Positions 40,241 to 53,848 are shown, counted from the first letter of the stretch. The stretch is DNA of 64,000 nt from Octopus sinensis (GCF_006345805.1 NC_043000.1:129766001-129830000); one strand, 5' to 3'. Numbers and translations: made by a program. The notes: generated by a model from the sequence alone, not told the origin.

Positions 40241-41397
40241 TATGTTAAGACTAGGTGTTGTAAAAGCAGAAAAGTATGAGAAGAAATAGTACCATGTAGG
40301 ATATCCAATGGGCAGTATATGCTTTAAGATATACATTCTACTAAATTCTATGTAGCTATCCGTATGAGTGATTTACACTAGTACTATGTGTTTTAAAAGG
40401 AAGCGCAGTCCAGTTTCTGCAAATTCTGATACTTAATGCACTGGTCGACAATGGAGAAAATAAAATGAAAAAGAAAAAAAGACGAGGCAATACAGTTGGA
40501 ACTAAAGGTAGAAGTTAAAACTGTTAATATTGCGAAACCGGAATATATGATAGTAAAACCAAAATGTTTCAATATGTAGATTAAAAAGAATAATCGGATG
40601 CTATTTGGAAAGAAGTGAATTTAAATCGATATTTTGTAATAAATTTTTTTAAAATCAAAAACATAACAAAAAAAAAGCGTTGAAAATTCTGCATGCAGTT
40701 ATATCTTTAATGGATTAGGCGGATTGTAGATTCATATAATGTGTTACTCTAAATATATGTTACTGAGAGATGGTAAAGAAATATATTAAAAAAAAATTGA
40801 GTGCTTCCTATGAAACGAAGTTCATTAGTAAATTAATTAACACGATGCCTTATCTATTTATGTTTTTTTGAGAAATATTAAAACTTAGGATTGCAGTTCA
40901 TCGATAATGTCCATACTCTCATGTAAATGAACACTACATAACTTTCAAGTGGAAATATATTATTCTGGTATCAGATAGAATGCTCCGACCTTCTGAACTT
41001 TTGACTTGCCTATGGGTCTCCTTTCCATTTCATTATTTTGGAGTCGATGAAGTTGTAAACCAGGAAGGCGAATTAGCGCAGCTGTAAGAAAGTTCGTCCA
41101 GATGCCTTCCGGTATTAGCTCTGGCTCTTTGCGTTCAGAGTTCAAATCCCACTATAGTCCACTTGGTTGTTAGACTTAGCCAGTCACCCAGTTTGACTTT
41201 ATCTCCTCCTCTCCGCCATTACCACCTAGTATCTTGGGTGCTTTTAAGGGAATTCACTTCTGGAATCATTCGGTTCAGATCTCGAGTTTGGGAACATTTT
41301 GCTCTGTCCCATCAGTCTCGGAAGCCCTGTTTTGAATCATGGGCAATATCTTCCTTTCTGACTAACAAACACACAACCACAACACACACACACACAC

Positions 41398-41444
<47 letters not shown>

Positions 41445-41775
41445 ACACACACACACACACAAGAGAGTATTTTCGCAGCTAAATCACTTCTCACGTTTGA
41501 GTATAGACATTGCATGCATATACCGTATTCAACTTCCTGCGACTCTGTTTCATACGTAATGTGAGTGTGTGCGTGTGTCTGTGTATTTACGAATAAACAA
41601 ACATAAATGAGAAATAGGAATATGGCTTTTAGTCATCGAAAGCAATATCAAATGTAAAATGTAGTAAGGATATAACTGAGAATTGTTTTTCAGCCGAAGA
41701 GAAGTAGTAAGAATTGGAATGCTGGGGTAAAAATACATGCAGGCATATCAATGCCCCTGAATGTGTAAGAGACAC

Positions 41776-41807
<32 letters not shown>

Positions 41808-41814
<7 letters not shown>

Positions 41815-43039
41815 GCGTTTTTTATCCTTATTTCAATTTTCAAATTTAAGATAAACAAAGTTCATTTTAAATCTAAAATATATTCTCCTTAATTTTCTAC
41901 AATGATCTTACATCTGTCTGGTAGACTTGCAAAGCCCCTCTTCCAAAATTCAGTTGTCCGTCATGAAAAATACTCCTCCGGTAGTGTTCTGAATTCGTAT
42001 AGAGAATTCATAATTTTTCCGTTCAAATGTTTTGAAGACTGCGGAATAAATGATAATCAGATGGGGCAATGTCTGGCGAATACGGTGGTTGGGGCATAGT
42101 TTCTCATCCAAACTGCTCCAGCCTTTGGAATAGCATCCGCGCTTTATGTGGCTGAGCATTATACTGATGGAAGAACACCTTTCGTCTTGAAACCTGTTAT
42201 GTCGCATGTTCGGATGACCTCTGCTCAACTTTACTCTGACGTCTAGACTTCTCCCTCTATATCTACATATTGGGCTAGCCTACTTCATCGTCTGGGGGCG
42301 TTTCCCGATGGCACGCAGGTGTCGATGACTGGTTGAATGACCAATTCCAAGCTTCTTTGCTAGTTCCTCGACAGTTACGATGGGATTTTGTTCCGCCAGG
42401 GTTTGCAGCATGTCCTCGTCGAACTCTACAGATCTTCCAGGACGAGTTTAGTCTTCTACGCTGTAATTTCCGTCTCGGAATTTCTGGAGTTACTGTTGGA
42501 TCTGTCTTACGCTTATTGTCCGATCCCCATATATATTTCTTTACTACTCACAAGGGGCTAAACACAGAGGGGACAAACAAGGACAGACATAGGTATTAAG
42601 TCGATTACATCGATCCCAGTGCGTAACTGGTACTTAATTTATCGACCCCGAAAGGATGAAAGGCAAAGTCGACCTCGGCGGAATTTGAACTCAGAACGTA
42701 GCGGCAGACGAAATACGGCTACGCATTTCGCCCGGCGTGTTAACGTTTCTGCCAGCTCCCCATATACTGCATTAATATTCTTCGCACTTGCCGTTGCGTT
42801 ATTGCCTTTATTGAACTCGTAAAGCAAAATATGCCGAAAAGCTCCTTTGTCACTTCCATTGTAGCTTTGAAAAATTAACTGCTAAAATCGAACCGCACTC
42901 ATCAAAACTTGCAATAAAAATAAGCATAAAGTAAAATTACCAGCTGCTTTCATAGCAAACTGGCGACGGTAATTTGTCCCAGCCCCCTCTGATTTCTAAT
43001 TGAAGCAATTCAAAAAACCACATTATCTAAGGGATGACC

Positions 43040-43043
<4 letters not shown>
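41808..43043 (-). mobile_element. Decayed mariner (DD34D-type) transposon, internally deleted and interrupted by a SINE
   Basis: N-terminus HILLYEFNKGNNATASAKNINAVYG|DRTISVRQ...PGRSVEFDEDML...TVEELAKKLG; C-terminus FHQYNAQPH...PPYSPDIAPSDYHLFRSLQ; TIR rc TTGGGGTCATCCCTTAGATAATG at ~43021-43043. Confidence 0.88.
42534..42757 (-). mobile_element. SINE family A inserted in the mariner ORF
   Basis: 10-bp TSD TCCCCATATA at 42524-42533 and 42757-42766. Confidence 0.92.
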
Positions 43044-43086
<43 letters not shown>

Positions 43087-43150
43087 CATACTATATATAC
43101 ATACCTATATATATACATACAACATATAACATACATACATACATACATAT

Positions 43151-43183
<33 letters not shown>

Positions 43184-43741
43184 TATATATACCTATATAT
43201 ACATAAAGACATATATTATATATCCATACTACAATATATAGACATCAGACATACTATATATACATACATACATACCTATATACATACTACATATATATAT
43301 ACTACATATATATACATACATATACATACATACATATCATACATACTATACTACATACATATACCATACATACATACATATATACATACATATATATACT
43401 ACATATATATACATACATATATATACATATATACATATATACATATATACATATATATACATACATACATACATATATCTATATATCATATATACTACAT
43501 ACAGACATACATATATATATACATACATACATATACATACATATATATATACATCATATATATATATATACATATATACATACATACATACTATATATAC
43601 ATACATACTATATACATATACATACATATATATATATATATAATATATATATACATATACATACATATATACATACATACATATATATATACATATATAC
43701 ATATATATACATATACAACATATATCTATACATATACATAC

Positions 43742-43772
<31 letters not shown>

Positions 43773-44098
43773 CATACCTATAATATATATATACATATAT
43801 ATAAATAACTATAATACATACATATATATATATACATATAACATATATATATACAGATATACATACATAAACATACATACATATACATATACATACATAA
43901 TACAATATATATATACATATACATATATATATACATATACATATATAAAAAATACACATATATATATATACATACATATATATATATACATACATATAAT
44001 ATATAATATACATATATATAATATATACATATACATATATACATATACATACATATATATATATACATACATATATATATATACATATATAATATATA

Positions 44099-44705
44099 TA
44101 TCGCCATATTAATATGGCATTCTTATAGATATAAGAATAATCGCTGCCGCTGGTCAGCTCCATGAGGCCACCGCCTTAAGATAGCTATTGATACACGATC
44201 TGTATCCATTATAACCTTCGAACAATATATATAGATATTCTTATATCTATAAGAATGCCATATTAATATGGCGATAACAATTAATTTCCAGTAGACGCTG
44301 CCGTATTCTCTTTTATAGAGACTTAGTAATTTTAATATTTCTATTATTGAAAACAAGTGGATGTATTCCACTGAAACTAGGTAAATAGAAACCTTCGAAC
44401 AGAGACGTCAGTGGCGACACCTGCGGGGTCTGACTGCGCTACATTGACAAGGGGCAATACCCCGAAACGCGTCTGTAGCTGTCGGACTGGCAGTGTGAAG
44501 CGGCTGACCTCCCTTGTTCGAAGGTTATAATGGATACAGATCGTGTATCAATAGCTATCTTAAGGCGGTGGCCTCATGGAGCTGACCAGCGGCAGCGATT
44601 ATTCTTATATCTATAAGAATGCCATATTAATATGGCGATAACAATTAATTTCCAGTAAACGCTGCCGTATTCTCTTTTATAGAGACTTAGTAATTTTAAT
44701 ATTTC
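44099..44705 (+). mobile_element. Retrozyme-like / Penelope pseudo-LTR element: ~364-nt unit with ~105-bp terminal direct repeat and a 127-bp inverted 5' copy
   Basis: 44236-44341 is repeated at 44600-44705 (1 mismatch seen); 44099-44225 is the reverse complement of 44514-44640; central hammerhead; no ORF. Confidence 0.8.
44438..44479 (+). ncRNA. Type I hammerhead ribozyme, U3-A8 core variant, GUC cleavage site after 44473
   Basis: GCTACA TTGACAA GGGG-caata-CCCC GAA ACGCGT C TGTAGC: perfect 6-bp stem I, 4-bp stem II, palindromic stem III. Confidence 0.85.
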
Positions 44706-44802
44706 ATATATATATACATATATATATATATAAATACATATATATATATATATATATACATACATATATATATATATACATATATATATATACATACATA
44801 TA

Positions 44803-44843
<41 letters not shown>

Positions 44844-44900
44844 ACATACATATATATATACATACATATATATATACATACATATATATATACATACATA

Positions 44901-44940
<40 letters not shown>

Positions 44941-44985
44941 CATACATATATATATATACATACATATATATATATATACATATAC

Positions 44986-45018
<33 letters not shown>

Positions 45019-46088
45019 CATACTATATATATAATACATATATTATATATATACATACATACATATATATATAATTATATACATACATATATATATATAT
45101 ACATAAATATATATATACATACATACATATATAAATACATACATATATATATATATACATACATATATATATATATATACATACATATATATATACATAC
45201 ATACATATACATACATACATATACATACATATATATACATATATACATACATACATAATATATACGTACATACATACATACATAATATATACATAAATAT
45301 ATACATACATACATACATACATACATACATACATGTATGCATACATACATACATGCATACATGCATACATACATGCATGAATGCATACATACATACATAC
45401 ATATATACACGCACACTCAAACACACGCACGTTAACTCATACTAATATAAGGAGATGCAAATGAAAGATTTATTTAGATGAATATATTTGAATTCATATT
45501 AATAAAATTAATATGAATATAAATATATGTGATATGAATTCGACAAGTAGGAAGTTGCCGGAATCTATTCACGATCTTGTATACATACACAATTGGACAC
45601 ATCTGTAAAATTAAATAAATACTGGGATATGTATAAATATGTTTACGTATACAAACACATATGCACACAAATATACACACATATAACAACAAAAATTATT
45701 GATACTCATACATACACATACATAACAACAAAAATTAATAATACACATACACATATACACCATTCGTAGACATGTAATACAAATATAAGTTTACGCAGAA
45801 TTATGTATGCATGCGTGCATGTACACATACTTATATAAAGACAAGAAACACACAAAGACAGAAACAAGCGTAAATATTTCATAGAAAAGCAAATTGTGGA
45901 GTGCTACATAAGCTGAAGTATGCGAAAATGATACATTATATTCTGGTTAAAGGAAAGACAAATAACAAAAAGCTAGTATATAGGTTACAAAATAACGATT
46001 TATTTGGTGAGGCGGTTGAGATTTTAACATTTTAATGAAAAGATAGTGGTAAAAACTCAGTAATAAAATGAAGATTCAATACGTGTGC

Positions 46089-46114
46089 TTAACTATATGT
46101 TTATAAAATTTGGC

Positions 46115-46176
<62 letters not shown>

Positions 46177-46568
46177 ATCAGTAATTTTAGAGACAGAACC
46201 ACCTTCAACACAATCAACACAAAGATTTTATACCCGACCACTCCACAAAGTGTTAAAAATTAAATCATATACTAACTATATCTATTCTGAATTCTGTATT
46301 TTCCGTCTATAAGACTACATGTGTTTCATGAAAGTACGTCGGTATTGATTAGATACTTCCGTGAAACACGGAAAATACAGGATTCAGAATAGACTTAGTA
46401 TAAGATTTAATTTTTAACATTTTATGGAGTGGTCGGTTGATTGTGTTGAAGGTGATTCTGTCTCTAAAATTTCTTTTATATATACGAATTAAACATTGAG
46501 AGATGTTCATTTTAGTACATCTAATTTGAGTGTCTTTTTCCTGTGAACTCTGAAGTAATATTCCCTAA

Positions 46569-46622
<54 letters not shown>

Positions 46623-46657
46623 AAATTTAATAAACATAAAAGTGTAAATATAGTTAA
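46089..46657. repeat. Nested fold-back: outer IR, (TA)n, ~110-bp inner IR, central hairpin
   Basis: 46089-46119 vs 46615-46657; 46183-46306 vs 46368-46471; 46321-46336 vs 46354-46369. Confidence 0.85.
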
Positions 46658-47319
46658 TATTAGAAATAGATATATATACACAAACACACACATATGCATG
46701 TTTATATATAACTGAGTAAATATATTACAATAGTTTAGGGCTGGCCTGATTCTTGTGAGTGCAGCTGAGAGGATTGAAATTATGTTGAAACGCGTGCAAT
46801 GAATTGCAACTGTAAGTAAAAAGGCCAGCTTCGTTACGCAATGCTTTGCAAATTCTTTGCAAATTGGAAATTACGTTAAGGTACACGTTCGTGAGTAATC
46901 ATCACTCTAAACGACAGAAGATCCATTTTATACTATTCATATACATACATATATACTGAAGCCATCATTAGAACTGTAAAAATCTGTAAAACTTTCCAGA
47001 AGTTTATTATTTAAGTATATATGAGCATGTCTAGTTATGCAACTATATGCATGAAAAGACATGCATAAAACAAAACATACAAATCTGCACACATACATAT
47101 ATACATACATGCATACGTACATACCCTTTTGCTGATGTTGAAATTCCAATGATGGAGCCTTGGATCTATATTGGAAACCAGCTCTACCTCTATTGGTAAG
47201 AAATCTTGAAATAAAAACTGACCAATCACAAACACACACACGAACACACACGCATATATACTTACATAAATACATATATACATGCATACATATGTTGATT
47301 ATTCTGAAGGTATTTTAAC

Positions 47320-47783
47320 TAGATGGATCAGCGAAGGCTGGAGGTGTTCGACAATGACTGTCTCCGCCGCATTCTTCGTTGCCGACGCATTGATCGGGTT
47401 CCTACAGCCGGTCTTCGTCATCGCCTGAATCTCTGGCCCCTTTCCTTCGGTGCTTCTACAACGGCGCTTAAGGTGGTTCAGTCATGCGGCCCAGTGTCCC
47501 GCTGATTCGCGATGTCCTCCTCCCATCTCCACTTCCCAGCTGGCGCAAACGCACGGGCGGGCAGCTGAAGACCTGGGCAACGACGATAAAGGAGGACCTC
47601 TCCGAACTCTCAGGTCCGCAGGTGGTCGGTCTGCCCAGATGGAACCGCGAATGGCTCGCTATCCCCAGTGACCTCGCACAGGACCGTCGAGCGTGGAACG
47701 CCATGGTTCCTGATGCCGTTAGGATCAGAGAAGAAGCCGGCTCAACCCGCCCTGGGTGAACGCCGTCACAAGTACAAGTAAGT
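47320..47783 (+). mobile_element. RTE-clade LINE 3' end
   Basis: RRLEVFDNDCLRRIL, LQRRLRWFSHAA, RKRTGGQLKTW, LAQDRRAW; (CAAGTA)n tail. Confidence 0.9.
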
Positions 47784-49299
47784 AGTATTTTAACTACCTT
47801 TCTAAGATATACATACAATATTTCTCTGTAAAACATGTAGTGAGCGATTCATTTCTATCTCCAGTACCGGTCAATTTATTTAGAAAAATCTATTAGGACA
47901 TCTGCTATATATTGCGGGGCTGAAAGTCTTTAGTTGCAAAGTAGCTGAAGAGGCGAACAATTACCTCAATTACCTTTTGCTTCTCGAGGTAACGTATTTG
48001 CGTTGGACTAAAGGATTTAAGAGTATTCGATAACGTATTTGCGAGGAAATTCCGAGGTAATTCTTTGTTTCGGTTGCAAATCATAACAGCAGCTACCTGG
48101 GAGTAGCAATGCCCTTTCAATAGCTCGTGTATGAATTTACTACTACTACTGCTGCTGCTGCTACTACCACTACCACTACTAAAACTACCACTACTACTAC
48201 CACCACCACCACTACTACCACTACTACTACTACCACTACCACTATACTAACGTCTGTTGCTGCTTCTGCTGTTGCTATGTATCATTACTACTCATAACAT
48301 TGATAAGAACACAATTTAAACAAGTTAGGGTAAAGTGAAGTGAAACATATCTATCTATCGTGTCAGGTCGCTCTTTCTTTATTTCTTTTTTTCGGTATTT
48401 CCTTTTACACACACAGAACAGACCTCACAATTTTTTCTACTATTAATTCGGATTATATATTTGTTTCTTTGCTTGGATATCTTTATATTTGATTGTATTT
48501 TACATCTCCAAGTTTCGATTGTCACTACAATTCAGATAGGATTTTATGAATTTCAGGATTTATCTCTATGTCTTTGATTTGTAATGTGGAAACAAAGGCC
48601 AAACAAAAAAGAAAATAAAACAAAACAAACGAAAGAAAATACGTATAAATATCAAATCCACAAATAAATATCTAAAGTAACAAAATACATAAAATTAACC
48701 ATCAAACAAAAAAAGTATATAAATAAAATAAATTTAAAAAAATCACCCCAATAATTTTGTAATAACAAATGAAAAGATACAAACACGAAAGCAAAAAAAT
48801 AATTTCCGAACAAATCGAATCTTTGTTAGAACAAAACTTACTCATTGAAGATGTTTTCTTTATAGTTATTTCTATCGCTCATAAATCATGTTTATTTCTT
48901 TCTTTTTATCCATCGTTAATTTATAATTTGTTTATTTATGTATTTTATTATCGATCAATTTATCAAAATCTTTTATTTTTGTCTCTATTATTTCAGATTT
49001 CGATTTGAATTAATTTTGGATTAAATTTCTCTGTGATAATTTTGAAGGTTGCCGTGACATTAAGGTTATGGAAATAAATCTAAAATTAGAGGGTGAAGCC
49101 AATGGCAGGAGTTATAGCAGTAGAATGTTGGACTAAAGGATTTAAGAGTGTTAGAATTACACCCCTTGCCGCTACATATTTCTCTCATCTCTTGTAACTC
49201 AAGCGTAAAATGAATTCAGTGTAGCATTTATACATATATACAGTTGTTTCTAATTCCCCATTCTTTCTAGTCCCGTTCACACCGTTATCGTCATTTATT

Positions 49300-49590
49300 T
49301 TTCTTGGCATTTTCACTCACAAATGAGGTGTGGTTTTAGGTATTTTTATCGAGACACCATCTCTATCAAGGTAGTCCACAAAGGCGGCAGGGTCCTTTAC
49401 TCCCCTGGTTTTGGGCTTGGAGTGTTCCTTCTCCTCGCCTTTTCCCAAACTTTTCCTGTTGGTTTCGCGTAGGAGTCGGGCTTGACCACTGTGACTAAGT
49501 GGTCTTATCTCCACCGGATTTTAAATCAGAGTATTCCTTCTCCTAGTCAGACTGCCAACCAAGGCTCACGAGTTCTGTCTACCCATTTTC
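49300..49590 (-). mobile_element. Probable RTE-clade 5'UTR fragment
   Basis: rc CCTTGGTTGGCAGTCTGACTAGGAGAAGGAATACTCTGATTTAAAATCC resembles, from memory, the conserved RTE 5'UTR motif. Confidence 0.5.
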
Positions 49591-49976
49591 TAAATGGCCA
49601 TTGACTCTTTTAAGTTCCTCCGCTTTTTACTGGGGGTACAAACAAGAATGCCGACGAAAGAGAAAAAGTTGAGAAATACTGAGAATTGAGATCGCTAGGA
49701 TGTGGCAGCTACGAGGATCGAACATAAAGGTTATCCCTATTGTCATCGGAGCATTGGGCTCAATACTACCCAATCTGAAAAAAAAACATCTGAAAATCTT
49801 AGAAATACCCTACAATCTAGATGTATTGCAAAAGTCGGGTATTACTTGAAACTGCACGCATATTGCGTACAGTACCGACTGTCTGAAGTCCTTGTGATTT
49901 AACAAACAGTACAAATCCCTATTAGACACAATGTCTTCAATCAACAACCTCACGATATTGTATGTTGTGCGACCTC

Positions 49977-50018
<42 letters not shown>

Positions 50019-50020
<2 letters not shown>

Positions 50021-50369
50021 AGGCGCATGGCTCAGTGGTTAGAGCGTCGAGCTTACGATCGTGAGGTTGAGAGTTCGAATCCCGGATCGGGCTGAGTGTT
50101 GTGTTCTTGAGCAAGACACTTTATTTCACGTTGCTCCAGTTCACTCAGCTGTAGAAATGAGTTGCGACGTCACAGATGCCAAGCTGTATCTGATGTTGCC
50201 TTTCCCTTCGATAACACTGGTGGCGTGGAGAGGGGATGCCGGTATGCATGAGCGACTGCTGGTCTTCTATAAACAACCTTGCCCATACTTGTGCCTGGAA
50301 GGGTCACTTTCTAGGTGCAATCTCATGGTCGGTCATGACCGAAGGGGGTTTCAACAACAACAACAACAA
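50019..50369 (+). mobile_element. tRNA-derived SINE family D, full length, in (AAT)n
   Basis: A box TGGCTCAGTGG, B box GAGTTCGAATCCC, CORE-like TTCTTGAGCAAGACACTT, (CAA)n tail. Confidence 0.88.
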
Positions 50370-51304
50370 TAATAATAATAATAATTATTATTACTGAATT
50401 AAAATATAAATCTAAATAAAATCAACTCCTTTGCTTTTCCATGTTATAGTGTATTCTAATACCTGTACGTGTGGAAATTCCATGGCTATTTTGAAAACTA
50501 TGAAATTGTTGGAACTTTTAGAAGAATATAAAAAGGATTATTTCATTTTGAAACTGTATTTTCTCTGGAATGTTTGATTCCTTGAGATGGTGTAATGTCA
50601 TCATAGTCATCACTAAGATATAGTCTTTGGAGAAAACATTATTGAAACGGTATACTTTGCTATGCACATATCATTTCCTTTAACTTCAAAGGTTTATCTT
50701 TACGTCAGCGAGTAAACACTGTCAAGCTATGGAACGAAACAGAAGACACAAACTGTCAATAAGAATTTTCCACTAGAGTACGTTTATATAAGTAAATCTG
50801 TACAAAAGCTTAATATTTTATTCTACATTTTTACTTACATATAAAAGAATGTGCATGCGGATGGTGTTGAAACTCATAGTCACAGTGAGCAAAGTACCAG
50901 TGAGCTGTGCATAACATCTATCTGTTTGTCTGTCTGTCTGTTAGTCTGTCTATCTGTCTGTACGAGTTGCGCAAGTGTATATATTTATGTATGTATGTTT
51001 GTATTCATCTCTCTCTTTCTCTCTCCCGATATATATTAAACAGGCAGGGCTGTCTTGTTGATAAATTCATTTTCCTAATCACGTAGTTTCTGGGTCGGGC
51101 ACTCAGTTTCTCTATGTGATACCTTGGGCAAGTGTCTCCATTGTAGCCTTGGATTCACTAATACCTTGTGATGAAACGTTATTCCGTTACTTGGTTATTC
51201 CGAGAAACCATACAGACGGCCATTGCATATTCTTATGCATGTACGTGCTGAGGCTTATATAAATGTATTTATTACGTTTATATCGCAATAAACCTGTATG
51301 TTAA

Positions 51305-51862
51305 GGCAGCGAGCTGGCAGAAATGTTAGCACGCCGGGAAAAATGCTTAGCTGTATTTCGTCTGCCGTTACGTTCTGAGTTCAAATTCGGCCAAGGTCGA
51401 CTTTACCTTACATCGTTTCGGGGTCGATAAATTAAGTACCAGTTATCGACTGGGGGTCGATCTAATCGACTTAATCCCTTTGTCTGTCCTTATTTGTCCC
51501 TTCTATGTTTAGCCCCTTGTGGGCAATAAAGAAATAAGAAACGTTAGCACGTCAGGCGAAATGCTTAGTGGTATTTCGTCTGCCGCTACGTTCTCAGTTC
51601 AAATTCCGCCGAGGTCGATTTTGCCTTTAATCCGCTTAATCCGCTTGTCTGTCCTTATTTGCTTCTCTGTGTTTAGCACCTCGTGGGTAGTAAAGAAATA
51701 TATATTTCGTCTCTCTTTTTGTTCGGAGTTCAAATTCTGCCGAGGTCGACATTGCCTTTCATCCTTTCGAGGTTGACAAAATCAGTACCAGTTGAAAACT
51801 AGGGTCAATGTAGTCGAGTTACCTCCTCCCCAAATTGCTGGCCTTGTGCCAAAACTTGAAAC
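51305..51862 (+). mobile_element. SINE family A, trimeric
   Basis: Three GTTCAAATTC..CC.AGGTCGA units at ~51379, ~51597 and ~51728. Confidence 0.88.
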
Positions 51863-52389
51863 CAGTATATTGCACACCCTGTATTGTATTGAGTCATTCA
51901 ATTTTTTGTTCATACAGATCACATATTCACATGCATGCATGCACAGACTCACATGTAAGCACTTTGCTCAGACAACACTGCATATAATAGTTAGAGAGTG
52001 CATTCCCTATCGATTTGAAAGGTGAACACTCATGTGTTTGACCAACCGTTTCTGCTTTGTGGAATTAGCGTCTTAATGGCTGACTATGCATTGATGCATT
52101 GATACATGTACCTTAATGCAATTCTCGGATAGAATTAGCGTAATGCAATGTGCATAAGCTAGAAAGAGAGAGAGAGAAAGATAAGGAGCGAGAGAGTGAG
52201 TTTGGGTTACCACTGCTGGACTGGTGTGGTTCTGAAGTGTATGAAACAAATACTCTCCTGACCATTCAGTCGTCTTGAAAGTATGAAATATATTGTACTC
52301 AGTGGAATTTGAAATCAAAATAGAGAACGTTAGAAAGAACGGAACAAATACCACAAGGAACTTCTCATTCAACCCACTGACAAATCTTC

Positions 52390-52406
52390 CAATGCTGTAG
52401 GTTGCT

Positions 52407-52478
<72 letters not shown>

Positions 52479-52570
52479 ATGTATGTGTGTGTTTATACAG
52501 ACATCTCTCTCCCTCTCTCTCTGTATACATGTGCATACATATATATATATATATATGCATACATACATAC

Positions 52571-52605
<35 letters not shown>

Positions 52606-52740
52606 TAAACGTATGCATATATATATGCATACATACATATATATATATATATGCATACATACATATATATATATATGCATACATACATATATATATATAT
52701 GCATACATACATACATGTATATATGCATACATACATACAC

Positions 52741-52777
<37 letters not shown>

Positions 52778-52974
52778 AACGTATGCATATATATATGTAT
52801 GCATATATATATGTATGCATATATATATATATGTATGCATATATATATGTATGCATATATATATGTATGCATATATATATATGTATGCATATATATATAT
52901 GTATGCATATAATATATATGTATGCATATATATATATATATGTATGCATTATATATATATATGTATGCATATAT

Positions 52975-53022
<48 letters not shown>
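52390..53022. repeat. (TA)n-based minisatellite with an ATGCATAC / GTATGCAT orientation switch
   Basis: Directly visible; the switch is near 52780. Confidence 0.9.
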
Positions 53023-53023
<1 letters not shown>

Positions 53024-53848
53024 TTTGTAGGTAGTCAGTCGTAACATGACTGTTTTAGTTGTATTTAACTTTTTTTCTCGCTTTCACTCTCTCAATACAC
53101 TCACTCATCCATCCACTTGCTCAATCTTCCACTTCTCTCCCTCACGCACTCATTCTCCTCCTCACATACCCACACAGCGACAGCTGATACACATTTAGTA
53201 TGTAATTGATGTTAAGTTGAAATGGCTTTTCCTGGGTCATCAATAGAAAGATAGATCTCCATGCATCAACGCTGGACTTCTAAGAGGGTTAGATTGTATG
53301 AATTTCACTACATTTTTGCTGTAAAATTCATGAAAGAATAGAAGATCAAAGCCTTCGCTGTTTCCATATGAGCTGTCACTTAAATTTCATGATTCAGAAA
53401 TTTTAAGTTTATAAACATTTATATGTCTAATACTATTTCGTACTTTCACCTTCAATAGCTATTTTCTTTATTTATTTGAACTAAAGTCTTTTTATCATCA
53501 AAATAAATAATAATCAGTCTATAAAGTTAATGCTATCATGGAAAGAAATGCCAGCAACCAGGATTTAATGAGTTACATTTATCTGAAAATAACAGTTACA
53601 AGTTAATGAAGACAGATGATGTTAAAGCAATATTATACTCAAAAATGGCACCTGAACAGCGTAGAAAGTAATAGCAGACAGAGCATAACGAATTCGCTAT
53701 TAAAAGAAGTAATTACTAATCGAAGGTGGGTCATCAAGTTAAATCCGAGACACGTCAATAACATACCAGGCTACTGGCTGAAAAACCGACAATTCTCGTG
53801 ATCTGCCAATGCTGTACTATGTTCATAAAGATATTTCACTCAATTTAA

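Larger units (their letters stand above)
43043..45410. repeat. ~2.4 kb degenerate (TA)n/(CATA)n microsatellite field containing the ribozyme element
   Basis: Directly visible. Confidence 0.95.
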
